From Spizellomyces punctatus DAOM BR117 (taxonomy: Eukaryota), in NCBI GenBank assembly GCA_000182565.2, contig KQ257455.1: a stretch of DNA of 64,000 nt; one strand, 5' to 3'. A program made the position numbers and the translations under genes. Below the pieces are notes generated by a model. That model had not been told where the DNA came from and did not search any database. It was given only the letters and a program-made list of their open reading frames with translations. This document shows positions 11,088 to 23,400 of this stretch, piece by piece. Positions within the stretch are counted from its first letter, which is position 1, and each line of letters starts with the position of its first letter.

Positions 11088-12530
11088 ATGTCTCAATCCC
11101 TCTCAACAGCCCTCAACCCAACCACCTCCACGACACTCACAACACCTCTGGCCAAACATGCCGCTCAAAACGAAGCCCAACGTCAAAATGTCCAAATAGT
11201 CGATGCGCACACGACACCGGACCAGATTGCCCAAGCGGCTGAGAATGTACCTGTGCCCATTATTTTAGCAGAGGAGGAACAGCCTGTTGAAGGTGTCTTT
11301 CAGAATGTCGTGAATTTTAGAGATGTTGGTCGAGGGTTTAATGAGGATTCTGGAAAAAGGTCTTTATTCGTCTTGTCACAGTTGGGAAGGGAGTCGGAAC
11401 TAGAATCTCTTTTTTTTCCTTTTTAGTTACATGAAAACTGGCAACCTATTTCGATCCGGTCGGCTCGACGATGCCACAACCAAAGACTTGGAACTCCTCA
11501 CTGCCAAATATGGGATCAAAACTGTCGTTGATTTGCGATCAGAGTATGTTGCGTGACGATTGTAACGTGATGCAGCATTCTTATCCTTGTCTTTTAGAAC
11601 TGAAGGCAAAATGGGTGAAGATCTTGTCAATACTTTTCCAGCGTCTGCCATCAACGAGGTACGTGCTATGATCGTACAATTATGATCTGACAATGGTTTT
11701 TTACTGTTTTTTTTTGCCAGCAAACAAACATTGCCGAACTCATCAAAGTGGGGGACGGCGCGGTGGTAACTGCAAAAGCTGAGCCTATGCAGTTGCATTC
11801 CGATGGTGATACGGGTGGCGAGGATGTACAGCGGGTAACGTATTACATCAATTTTGCGGGAAGAAAGTTTAGGAGGCATTCCGTGTGGAAGCCTTTGCGG
11901 TTGAAAACCAAGCTGTGAGTATCGCCCTTGCGATCGCATTGTTTTGTATCATGCTCATGGCATTCTCATGACAAAATCAGCAAGGTCATTGCTCTCATGG
12001 CAATGAATCAAAAACCGCGCGTGATTGAACTCGTTGGGCAAAGCGTCATTGAACCTCGGGGCCTCCTCGGGCTAAACAAGGATTTCGTGGACTATTGTGG
12101 TGCTGAAATTGTCCAAGCCCTCCGGCTCCTTTCCAACCCAGCCCATTATCCTCTCCTCGTGCACTGCACACAAGGGAAAGACCGCACCGGCCTCGTCATT
12201 GCACTGGCCCTACGGTGTGCCAAGATCCCCGAAAGCTATATCATCAAAGACTATGCACGGACACAAGAAGGGCTAGCCCGGCAACGGGATGTCATGGTGG
12301 AAGAGATGCGGAAAACAGGGTTGGATCCATCTTTTTGTGATGCTCCCCCCAATGTCATTAAACAAACGTTGGAGTATATTAGACAAAAATATGGAAGTGA
12401 AGAGGCCTATTTGGAAAAGTGGGGTTTTGGATGGGCGGAACAAAAAAAGGTCATGGCGTGTTTGGTTCGGCAGGACGTGGATGATTTGGAAGGATTGGAT
12501 GGGGAGACTGTAAACAAGTGCGATGATTAA
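11088..12530 (+). CDS. Tyrosine phosphatase family protein (Y_phosphatase3/IphP-like), multi-exon
   Basis: NFRDVG, LFRSGRLD, TVVDLRSE and catalytic loop VHCTQGKDRTG, DYART; about 4 GT-AG introns between 11360 and 11980. Confidence 0.9.
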
Positions 12531-13566
12531 CTCAAAGCGTAACAGTTTGACGTTTTCTTACCTCAGTTCGACGATATCCTTGCAAGGATCTGTAAATAAA
12601 ATCTCCTTGTCTGATCACGTCATCTGCTTACGAAAGCGGGGATGTCATGGGGCTCCCTGTTTCAAATGATTGGGTCAATCGCCAAGAATTAAAATAATCA
12701 CCGAGTTGTACCGATATCCAAGGGTAAGATCTGAAACAGTGCGTTGTTGCCCAGGGTGCCGCAAGCCGCTCGTGCAACGTCACACATGCGGTCAGATTAA
12801 CTAAGAATCCGTGATCCAAAGGGAACAAAACTACACATGCCGCGGAATGCCGTTTTTAAAACATTGAATCCACGGATACCAAAAGGTTCGTTGCTGACGT
12901 TTGAAACTCGCGACTTTCCTCCAAAGGAAGGCCTTTTGTAAAAGGGGAGGTTGAATGACCACTTGCTCCTGTGTTTTGGGAGAGGAGGCTTCTTTAGCGG
13001 CAAGATGTTGCTCAACCGTTAAGGGGGGTTTGCTCGCCACTAAAATTCCCTCCGCCGTCAGATGTGGCTGGCCACTGGCTGCCCGTCGCAAAACGACAAA
13101 GAAACCCGCCGACTCGCCGTGTGTGTGGAGGGAGATGGCCGACGACTTGTCCAAAGGAAAAAAAAAAAAAAAGATGAAACTGCACCCAAAAACGAACTGA
13201 CGGCCGTTTCCTTTTCACCACGCGCACACAAAGCTTGAACGATCGCTCGCCTTTTTTTTTTTTGGAACAGATTAGAAGGGCGCTTTCTTTGTTGGAGAGG
13301 TGGAGGGGGGGCAAACATCCTCCTCCCCCAAACTCTTCTGTTTTTGTTGGAACTTTGAACGCCCACCGTTTTAAAACGTTTTCCTTTTCGTTTTCAACGT
13401 ATCTTTTGCTATATATATTTCCGTCATCTTGTTTGGACGTCGCCCTCGTTTGTTTGGGCTTTGTTCATCATTTGTGTCTCCACGTCACCCAACATCCTTT
13501 GGCCCCTTGGAGAGATCATCCATATTTGTAACAATCCAGTCTTGATTTGACGGTGTTTGTGAAATC

Positions 13567-15510
13567 ATGACGACTCGTCCATCTCAAGACGATTTTGGTG
13601 AGCGGCCGGCAAAGCGTAGGTTCTCCGTGGACATCCCAGATACCTTTTCGCACTTGATCGCGACTCCACAACAATCCACTCCCGCCCTCGACGCCTTTGA
13701 CGAGGATCCTTTCAAAGATTTCACTGACGACAGCTACGGTATGATAACCGAAGGCGAAACATCCGACGATGGCCAGAAAGAGCAAAGTCTCAAGCGACCA
13801 TCGATCGATGAAGGTATGCCAAAATCCGAGTCTTACAATGGTAACTTGGCCAATGGCACCGCACCACCAAAAAAGCGCTCACGAGCGACACCCGAACAAC
13901 TCGCCATCCTCGAAGAAACCTTCCTCACCAACACATCACCAAACGCCAAACTCCGAGAGATTCTTGCGACTAAAGTAAACATGACGGAGCGATCCATTCA
14001 AATCTGGTTCCAGAATCGTCGCGCAAAGGTGAAGCTCATGCAGAAGCGGGCTGCGCAACAAGCTGCCCAGGAGCAGGCAATGCGCACCCAGACATACCTA
14101 GCAGCCGCTTATGGTATGCGACCTCCATTTTATCCTACCTTTCCCATGCCGTACGGCGCTTACGGACAGATGCCACCAAAGATGCCACCAATCGGGCGTT
14201 CAAACAGTGTCGACTTTGCAATAGGAATGGGAATGGGCGTGGGAATGAACATGGGAATGGGAATGGGGATGGGAGTCCCAAATGGTGTACCGCCACCAGC
14301 AATGATGACTATGAATGGAGGCAAGGCGATGAGCTTGCAACATGGTAGGCATTCTTTTTCTTCTCATTGGCTTTTTCAAATGCTTCATGATACTTACCGC
14401 AATCTGAATATAGGCTCGCCAGCTCCACCGCCCTCCAATAACATGGAACGAGTTACGATGCCATTCACAGCTGAATCGCTTGCTATCGGTACTTGGCGCC
14501 GAGTTCCCATCACAACAAACGATCTCATTTGCACGTTCAACACCGTGGAACGTGTCATGAGATGGCAGATTGTTGAAGGAACATCAAAGTTCAAGATGGA
14601 ATTTCCCTTTGCATCCATTGCCGCAATCTCATTTGATCAACTCGACGCTTTCACTGGGCAAATGACCATTGACCTCAACCAATGTCCCATGTTCTTTATG
14701 GAAATGTCCATCAGTGGAGGCTCAGTCTGGACGCAGTGCCGCGACTTTACCGAAAACACACAGGCAACCTGTGTGCTGAGGCACGTCATCAAAGGACAAT
14801 TGCAAGCACTCCGCGGCGAGTTACTCCTCATTTGCCAGTCGGATGTGCATGTGCACCGTGCGACGCAAATGAATGCCCCAGCGGGCACCGGATCCACGGG
14901 CAATGTGGGCAACGTGGGCAACATGGGCACTGGAATCATTCCTCTCTCGGCAGCTGCGGCATCCTCAGCGGCCGCCAGTATGCCTCAGTTTGCCAGACGG
15001 CACTCGACGCCAAATCTGATTGCCAACAACCAGCGCAAACGCCAAAACTCTTTTCACGAATCCCTTCGTCGTCGGCCGACTGTTGTGACATCCATGAACA
15101 CACCCAGCGGTCTCACGCGAATGAACGGTTCACCCATCCTCGACTCGGCCTCCATTTCTGGTTCCCCTCGCATGAGCACCACCTCCGGAGACATGATCAC
15201 TCCCCCCGTGACTCCACCCCCATCGATAGCGACACTTTCCCGCCGTCACTCTCTCCTTTCCTCGCCTGCCCACTCTGAAGATTCCTTAAACATCAACACC
15301 AACCCACAACAAGCTGTATTTCAAACACCATCGCCACCTGAACTCTTGTCTGACATGTCGTACATTTCGATCAGCGGGGGAGACCCAACGTCATCCCAAC
15401 AGTCGTTTTCTTATAATGGACCGATTGTAGAGTCCTTCATGGATACCCTTACTGGCGAAATGAGTAGCGTCAATAATGGAGGTGCAGGTGGAAATATGGT
15501 CACGGTTTAA
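13567..15510 (+). CDS. Homeodomain transcription factor, Phx1/Hoy1-like
   Basis: KKRSRATPEQLAILEETF..MTERSIQIWFQNRRAKVK homeodomain, plus the SLAIGTWRRV..WTQCRDFTE domain seen in this fungal group; probable 69-nt intron at 14345-14413. Confidence 0.9.
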   Translation: MTTRPSQDDFGERPAKRRFSVDIPDTFSHLIATPQQSTPALDAFDEDPFKDFTDDSYGMITEGETSDDGQKEQSLKRPSIDEGMPKSESYNGNLANGTAPPKKRSRATPEQLAILEETFLTNTSPNAKLREILATKVNMTERSIQIWFQNRRAKVKLMQKRAAQQAAQEQAMRTQTYLAAAYGMRPPFYPTFPMPYGAYGQMPPKMPPIGRSNSVDFAIGMGMGVGMNMGMGMGMGVPNGVPPPAMMTMNGGKAMSLQHGRHSFSSHWLFQMLHDTYRNLNIGSPAPPPSNNMERVTMPFTAESLAIGTWRRVPITTNDLICTFNTVERVMRWQIVEGTSKFKMEFPFASIAAISFDQLDAFTGQMTIDLNQCPMFFMEMSISGGSVWTQCRDFTENTQATCVLRHVIKGQLQALRGELLLICQSDVHVHRATQMNAPAGTGSTGNVGNVGNMGTGIIPLSAAAASSAAASMPQFARRHSTPNLIANNQRKRQNSFHESLRRRPTVVTSMNTPSGLTRMNGSPILDSASISGSPRMSTTSGDMITPPVTPPPSIATLSRRHSLLSSPAHSEDSLNINTNPQQAVFQTPSPPELLSDMSYISISGGDPTSSQQSFSYNGPIVESFMDTLTGEMSSVNNGGAGGNMVTV

Positions 15511-16399
15511 GGAAACACACCTTGCAAATGGCTTGTTTTTTGCATAGAGAGGAAATTTGTATATAGTAACATATTCTTTTACCCAGTCTGCCTGCTGTTC
15601 AAGTAGCTAGGCTTGGGTCGTTCCCTTTGTGCGTCATTCGGCTCATGATTGGGAATTGGTTTACATAGTGTATGTTTTTTTTGCTTTGTACTTTTTTTTA
15701 CCATTTTCTTACAATGCTAGCAACAAACTACAGTCTGAATAAAGAAAAAGCTAATAGAAACCATTATCGTGCTCCCTTTGTTATTTCGAATCTAATCTTG
15801 TGCTATATATGTCCTCTACCCTACGTATCTATGGTCCTGAAACTAAAAAGTCCCACTGTCGCCCAATGAAAGGAAAACACCATGTGATTGACTCTTAACA
15901 AAGTACTTGATGTCAGCACCGACACACTCTTGAACCCGCTCACCACATAGTGGACTCAATGCAAGGTAATACGACAGAAAGTTTTTGGCCCGGTAAGCGT
16001 GCGCTGAAGCAGTTGGTGTTTCTTGGGTAAGAGATTGGATAATGGTATGAATAAGACCTATTATGCTAAAGATCATGCCCTTGTAGTGTGAGAAGATAGG
16101 ATCGGTTGAACGCACCTTGGTTCCGTGTCAGCCGTATTCTCCACTTTACCAACAGGACGTCCATCGCTTTCTGGGCCTCTGGATACAGGAGCGTTGCCTG
16201 ATGTACCTCCCACATGAAATCTACTGCAGACTGCTTCAAGTGGTAGAAGACAGTATTATCTGATGGGACCTGTCGTGCTACCTTGACGGCAGTCAGAATC
16301 TCTGTGTCGCGATATCAAGAGTGTCAACAGTCAAAACTAGTAGCTGCGGAACTCGCATGAGCTTACTTTTCAAAAGACGCTTAAAGTCATATGGTCTTT

Positions 16400-17980
16400 C
16401 GCAAGACAATACGTTAGTCTGCTGCAATTCCTATGCAAGTGTCCCACGAATGCATACCGATGTCTATGAAACATATTTTCCCGCTCGCATATGCTTTCGC
16501 CGTCGAATAGCATGCTGGTGAGTAATTGGATCAAGATATCAAGATATCTGTATTCGAGTAAAGCATGAGACGAATTCTCCAACCCGCAAATATGGACGAA
16601 AGACGCACCCCGCAGACTCAGAGGCCATCTTCCATGGAATCGGTGCAGGCCGTTCAGGCGGCGCTGGACGCATATACGGTGGTGAAATCTTTTGCAAAAG
16701 CTCCATTGCAAAAGGCCATTCTCGTTGAATTTTGGGAGCGGGTCGCGGAGACCATACCCGACGAGTTTCGCGATGATGTCGATGTAATGTCTCAACGCAT
16801 TCATCGATATCAGTCAGGATTTGCGGATAAATCTCTTCACTCTGTCAGAACATGCAATTAAGTTTGCAAAGACCGATTTCTTGAACTCGTATCAAAAAGG
16901 CGGTGTTGAAACAACCTTCCAAAAAGCCCGTTTCACTTCCCAATTGAACATCCCAAGGTCTAAAATGTCGCTCGCAAGCTCGCCCCGACTGGCGTATCGG
17001 TTCTCAGAATGGGCAACCTCCAAAAATGACCGTTCTAGTGACACATATTGGCTGATATCGCTGCGTAGAGTAGCTTCCTTTAGTGTTTTTGAAATCTAAC
17101 ACGGTATGGGAAGCGGCACGGGAATGTGCCAAGCATACCTCCGATCGCAAATCAAGAATCCACCTAGAGCGGCACGCTATCACCAGCCGACATACGTTAG
17201 CGCTGTACATTCGCATCTGGAAAAGCAAACGCACAATGTGACTTACAATAGCTGAATCGCACATAGATCTCGTCAACACGTGGGCGAGGGACCACATCGG
17301 TTGAAAAGTCGTAAGGCGGAGGACCTCTTTGATGAACTGCAAGTGTAAGATAGAGAGTGGTAAACGGAGTCGTATTGGTATCTCACCAATTTGATTTCCG
17401 CATCCTACAATTTTCCATTGTTGCTTGGTCTCGACTGCACATCGGTGATGTATTGCCACTAGAGGGAACAGCTGTCCAAAAGTCGTTAACAAAGTTTTCC
17501 TATGCTCATACTCATCGGCGTACCCCTGAAATGATGGGATGAGCTGCCAAGCCCTACACATCGTTAGAGAGCATGCCAGGAAAGGTAGAGAATGATCACT
17601 CATGTCAGTCTTGATCTCCAAAAGTTCCATACCATACCTCCTCAATCGAAACAACATCTACAAGAGAGATGACAGAATCCCATGGCAGTAAACCCAACTC
17701 CACCGGTGCATGGGACACAGGTTTTGAAAGATAAACCTTGGACGAGGTCACCACCACCCTACGAGAATCTGTCATTCGCTTAGATTGTTTGGAACGTAGA
17801 TACGCGCCATTTATGTTGTGTTTTGACGTACCACTGTCGCCTCGATGCCCGAGCAAACTACAGTCTCCCACATATCGGATTTTTTCGCCGTCAACTTGCG
17901 CACCACGACTTTTGCGACCAAGGACTTGATCGGGATCACTGACGTCGACAATCATAGGTGTTGGTGCTTTTGGGTTGTGC
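16400..17980. other. Decayed coding-like tract of unknown identity
   Basis: Protein-like fragments (e.g. + strand ESVQAVQAALDAYTVVKSFAKAPLQKAILVEFWERVAE) broken by stops and frameshifts; strand and family unresolved. Confidence 0.25.
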
Positions 17981-18644
17981 AAGGGCAGGATACACTGGCG
18001 TACGCTGCTGGCACGCGATGGTAAGTCTGCATTTGTTTATGTTCGCGATCTGTTATCCCTGATATTGTTCATTGGCACGTGTCTGGGCTGATCTGAGAGC
18101 TTACGTTCCCTGCAATCTCCTAGCAGACCTGGCCCTGTCCCAGTGCAATCTGTCATATGGATGCAAACATGAGATTGCTTTCGGTAAGACAGGTGGATCT
18201 GCTGATGGCCAGTGCAACGAATGTTAAGCGGACTTTCTGAAAATCCGCCGGAAACACTTTTTTGGTTGGCTATTGGTAAACATCTTGCTGTGCATATTCT
18301 TTGCTCTTTTCAAGCTCCTTTCAATTTACTGTTGAGTCTCAATTGCTGCAGAAAACGTCATTTGCAGTGCCAATCCAGCATGGCTTGCGATATGCCAAAA
18401 CATTCCCTCTTTATCGCTTATTTCATGCGGGGCTTTGTGGGCTTAGCAGCGCGTCTCTCCGCGTGGAGTAATTACCTGCGCCTCAGGCGGCGGATGAATT
18501 TCCAAGTTTCGAAATCCTTTTTAAATAAACTGGAAAAGCAGTTTGCACATTGCTCGCAGTTTTCCATCTCGACATGCTTTCTTGAAGCATTCTGTTCTCC
18601 TCACCGTTTTTCTATTCCCGGCTTAGATCTTGCTCTTACCCATC

Positions 18645-20257
18645 ATGCCAAGCTCGCGATTCATCGTACCCGAAGGAAATCAAACAATGCCGCCTCCTCC
18701 TGGCCCGTCAACCACATCACAAAAGCTATCCCATGCTCTTCCTTTGCCTTTTCATCTGATGGCGGCGGGTATGTCGACAGTCGGCAGCGTCGTGACTGCT
18801 GTAGCAGCACATGTGCTCGACGGACCAGTGAAAGAGTCGTGGAATTTAGCGACTTCGGTTGTGGTTGCTGGGATGAGGGTGAGTGCACCAAATTATTTTG
18901 GCATGACTTTCTGGGGTTTGTTCCATTGGACTCTAAATTTGAGATTCCTGTCTGTAAAGTCTGTTATGGTATCCCATCCACCTCAAGGGCGACATTCCAT
19001 GTCTATCATTCGTGGTGTGACATCTCGCCTGACAATTCCTTTCGCAGTCGTTGGCGCCCGTGGAGAGTACGTGGACGTATCGGTCAAAAATCCGCACCAT
19101 CTCACCGAAGCTGTGCGCAAAGTCGCAGGTATGGCGCCAGTGAAGTATGATCGGGACGTGCCAAGTGTGCGGAACATCCCAGCCGAGTGGGTAGTTCACA
19201 AGTCCATCGACGCATCCCAGATCGGCAACTCGCCCATTGTTCTCTATCTCCATGGAGGAGCGCACATCTTTCTCTCTCCCCGTACGCATAGGATCATCAC
19301 CTCTGAAATCTCCCGTGTATGCCGTGCCCGTGTCCTGGCTCTAGATTATCGGCTCATACCAGAACATCCTTTCCCTTCAGCCGTAGAGGATGCCCTCGCA
19401 GCGTACTGTGCTCTCATTAACCAGCAAAGCCACGGCTTCTCCTCCACTCTCTCCGTCCCGACAACCACCACGCCAAACCGGATAATTATCATGGGCGACT
19501 CATCTGGCGGATGTCTTACACTCCAGTTGATGCAGACGCTCAAAACTCTTGACATCCCACTACCGGCCGGTGCCGTCCTCTTGTCACCTCTTGTCGACCA
19601 TTCCGTAACCTCGCCCAGCTGGGCACAAAATTTTCATTCAGACTTTATGGCATTGGACCCGGCTGGCTTGAGTTGGGCGCTGGATTGCTATGCTGGAGAG
19701 GTGGGCCGCACACATCCGCTAGTATCACCATTATTTGGTGATTTGACTGGCTTGCCACCACTCTTGATTGTGAGTAGTCGCTGCACTGGAAGTGTGTATA
19801 TTATAAAGGTCTAATGGCGTCAAAATGTTAATAGCAAGCGGGCGAAGCAGAGGTACTGGCTGATGACGCCAAAAAACTGCACTCCAAAGCTCTCAGCTGC
19901 GGTTTGTGGTGCGAACTGCAAATCTATAAAGACATGTTTCATGTATTTCACAGTACGTATGCATGATTAGCTGCAGCGTCTCTGTGTCTGTGTCTAACCC
20001 AGCCGACGGTATCAGCATTCCCTACCCAGCCCGAGACGACCGCAACTGCGTTCAACGAAATTGGGACTTTTGTATCTCGGACACTTTCTCCACAGAACTG
20101 CCACATTGTATTCCCCCGCTCTCTTCGAATAACTTGCATGTCAGGCAAGGTGACTGAGGAACGACTACCCACCGGAGAGATCTGCATAGCAAGCCATCGC
20201 AAATTGGGCGGCTCCCCAGACTTGGAACGCAGAGACTCTGGAATTATAACTATGTGA
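18645..20257 (+). CDS. Alpha/beta hydrolase, hormone-sensitive lipase (Abhydrolase_3) family
   Basis: LYLHGGA, DYRLIPEHPFP, GDSSGG nucleophile elbow, LPPLLI|QAGEAEVLADD, MFHVFH; two introns (first at 19770-19834); TGA at 20255-20257. Confidence 0.9.
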
Positions 20258-20463
20258 TTTACCGAATTACAGATAGGAATTATGTAGATATATAGGTTAC
20301 CAATAGTATTAATATTGGTATCAACGAGAGTTTTCGTAACTTTGGGCAAAGGAGATGATACTTCACCAACGATACCACATGCTAAAACTGTATCACGCTA
20401 ATTGCGAAAAGACTCTTGCATGCATGGATTGCTGCATATATCCTATGCGACGCTCGTAGCCAG

Positions 20464-23400
20464 CTACCTATTTCTTCCCTCCCAAACTCTTGGTCGACGA
20501 TTACCTCGATTGTACGGGGAAAAATATGGAGCCCCCCGTCCCTGCAGCTCTATTAGTACACACACAGATATGTCATTTCGTATCCCTCTCACTCACCCTT
20601 CTTGACCTCTGATCTTCAGGCCTACGTCCATCAGCCCGGTCACGCAAAGATTCCCCACCTCTAGCATGATGAGGCCGTGGGCTGCTGATATCCCAAGTGT
20701 GCTCTGACAGTCGCCTGTCAAGATGTTGATCGTTGCGGGTGCGCTCGTTTCGATTTAAGGGATATGACCCACTATGCTCGTCACGGGTGTGTTTTGGAAG
20801 CGGTGGTGAAGGATGAGGAAGGATTGCCGAGTCTTCATCTCGTCGCGGTTCTTCCACATAGTCGTCACACCGAGAAAGATCATGTGGGATTGCATCCCTT
20901 GTACGTGGCGAAGTATGGGGAAACGCTGGCAGGCTCGGAGACCCTCGTGGCTCTTCCTCAGTCACATCTCGTCCGGAGGGCTCCTCGTCGGTTATACGAA
21001 CCGTAGGCGTTTCATTCCGTTCACTTTGCGAAGCCTTCACCTTGAGAACCACAACGAGCGTCAACCAATGCATGAGTAAGCATATGACGGCACCGACCTA
21101 CCTCCTCCCGCTGCCTCTCCGGTATAAGCGTCCCGTTTTCAAGAGTCTTATCTTTAATTTCCACTAAGCACTCCAACGGGTTCCTCGATCCTCCGCGGAC
21201 AAAAACTTGGTCCAGCCAGTTCCTCATGTCCCTTCCATCGATCTCCACCAATGTATGGCCACGACTATCACTCTTATTTGCTCGAGAAACACGCAGTGGA
21301 GGAACCAACGACTGCTCACACCAGGCGGCAACGTCCTTAGCAACATCCCTTTGCGTAACGCGCTGTGGACCCTTGCTCGTATACGCTGCGCATTTGATTT
21401 TGAAGGATTTCGACCACAATTCCCTCCCTTGCATGGAACTGGCAAACGTCCCCTCCACCATGGCGGCCAAGTACTCGAGATGACGAAGAATGCTAAGTTT
21501 TGACTCGAGCAGGCTCCAGCAGTCCTCCGCGTGGATATACCCATTCTTCAGTTCCCTCTCACTGACGTGATGCGCGCTACCACGCTCTGCTCCCCAACAG
21601 AATATGCGGACCGCCAAGGCTGCAGCTGCGGGATCTTCCACATCTTCCAATTCTTGAATCATCTTATGGACAAACTCGCGACCAACTGTCATATTCTCAG
21701 CACGCAATTGTAAAATCATCTGCTCAGACACTTGGAAATCGTTTGCAGTGAAGGCATTATGCAGAAAGGCTTTGAGTACTGGTTCTGATAGACACGATAG
21801 TGCGCTTCCTTCCAACCGAACTTTCTCATAATACCGTACCGCCTCGTCATGTCTATTGACCATGGTCAGGATCTGAAAGATGTCTCCTGACACTTCGCTC
21901 GGCCATTCCATTCCCATGCTCTCCCATTGGCTGACGAATTCTTCTGCAGTTTTCCATTGTTTTCTTGCGCAAAGGGACTTTAGGACAGCAGCCACGATCC
22001 GGATGCTTACCGGGTACCCGCTCAGCAGTGCATCCATAACAATGTCGAACCCCTCTTCTAACAGCGTAGTATCCCTCGCCAAAGCCGAGAGAAGCTTGTC
22101 AGTATGCGTCCAGCGAGGTACGCTGTTGCTTTTCATGTAGCGGTAGAACCAGAACGCTTCCGAGGTGTGCGCCAAATCGAGGCAGACTTCCATTATCTCC
22201 TCAATGACTCCACTGTGTCCATCAGGAGTAATCAGAGCCTTCGAGGGTTGGATAAGCTTTTTCACGGGGACCACAAATCGTTCCAGTAGACGGTTTTCGG
22301 CACATGACCGCAGGAGCGACCTGAGCATCTTGTCAGAACGGATTGTTACATTAAGAGCGGCCAAATCCTCCAGAGCAGTAAGGGCTTCTGCAGTCTTGCC
22401 GCGAGTATCAAATGCTTCAATGATGGCTTCCAATGTACCAGCATCTCTGATCCTTAGCCCCACATGCTCTTTGGCAGCATCATAGACCTGAAACACAAAA
22501 GCATTTCTGAGCTGGAGCGCAAACACCGCGCATATCATTATATATGACGCACCTTGACAGCCAATTCGGTGAGCCGGTTACGCTTGCAGCACTCCAAGCA
22601 CAAAGAGAACAACATCTGCCCTTCAACCGGTATGTGGCGGGCGAACATGTACTCGAAAATGTAAAATGCGTATTCGTGCTCATTGACTTCCACATAGTAG
22701 CTGATGATCTCGTTCAAAGTTCGTCGATCGAATTCTACATCCTGTCCTGCCAGCATCTTAAACGTGTCAAAGCTTTCGGTGGTTAATCGCGAAGCCATCA
22801 TCTCCCGCAGGATTTGGTCCCCAAGACCGGCGTCAATTCTTCCACTACTTGCTAGTAGCTCTTCACCGAGTACACGCGTCACGTCCGGGTTACTTGAGGC
22901 AGGCAGAACTCTCCACAGTAGAGAGTAGTGCCCGGATTGCAATTCCAAGCCCCTGCTTCTGGCTTGAGTAATTACCGCCCTAAGTTTTGTCGCGTCGCCA
23001 AACAGAGCGTATCCTTCCGCCACGAGCAGGTAATCATCCACGACGACTTTGGTGTGGTAAATCTCCTCCAAAATTTTGAAGCCTTGCCGCAAGGCTTCAA
23101 TATCACGTCTGCTGACCGCGACTCTTAAGATAGCCCGCATAACCTCCATGCTTGGAATGAAATTGCTGTCTACCATATCCTCTACCGTAATTAAGACCTC
23201 GCTCAGTGGACGCATCCCTATGAGCAAACGATTTATCTGCTTTTCGAGCCCCGCGCTTCTGTCATCGGTCGCTAACGTCAAATAGGACGGTGTAGACACA
23301 TCGTTTCTCGGCCGCTTTACCGACAGTTCTTCATCAGCAGCTTGATGGCTAAGTTCCCGCTTACGCCCAGTTGCGATGCCTAGAGAATTGCAGTCGGACG

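Noticed and set aside
14221-14277. ATGGGA-type repeat in the homeobox gene
   Set aside because: Ordinary low-complexity Gly-Met coding tract.
14345-14413. Stop-free 3n introns (also 52063-52128) as regulated intron retention
   Set aside because: Expected by chance among many short introns; no support without RNA data.
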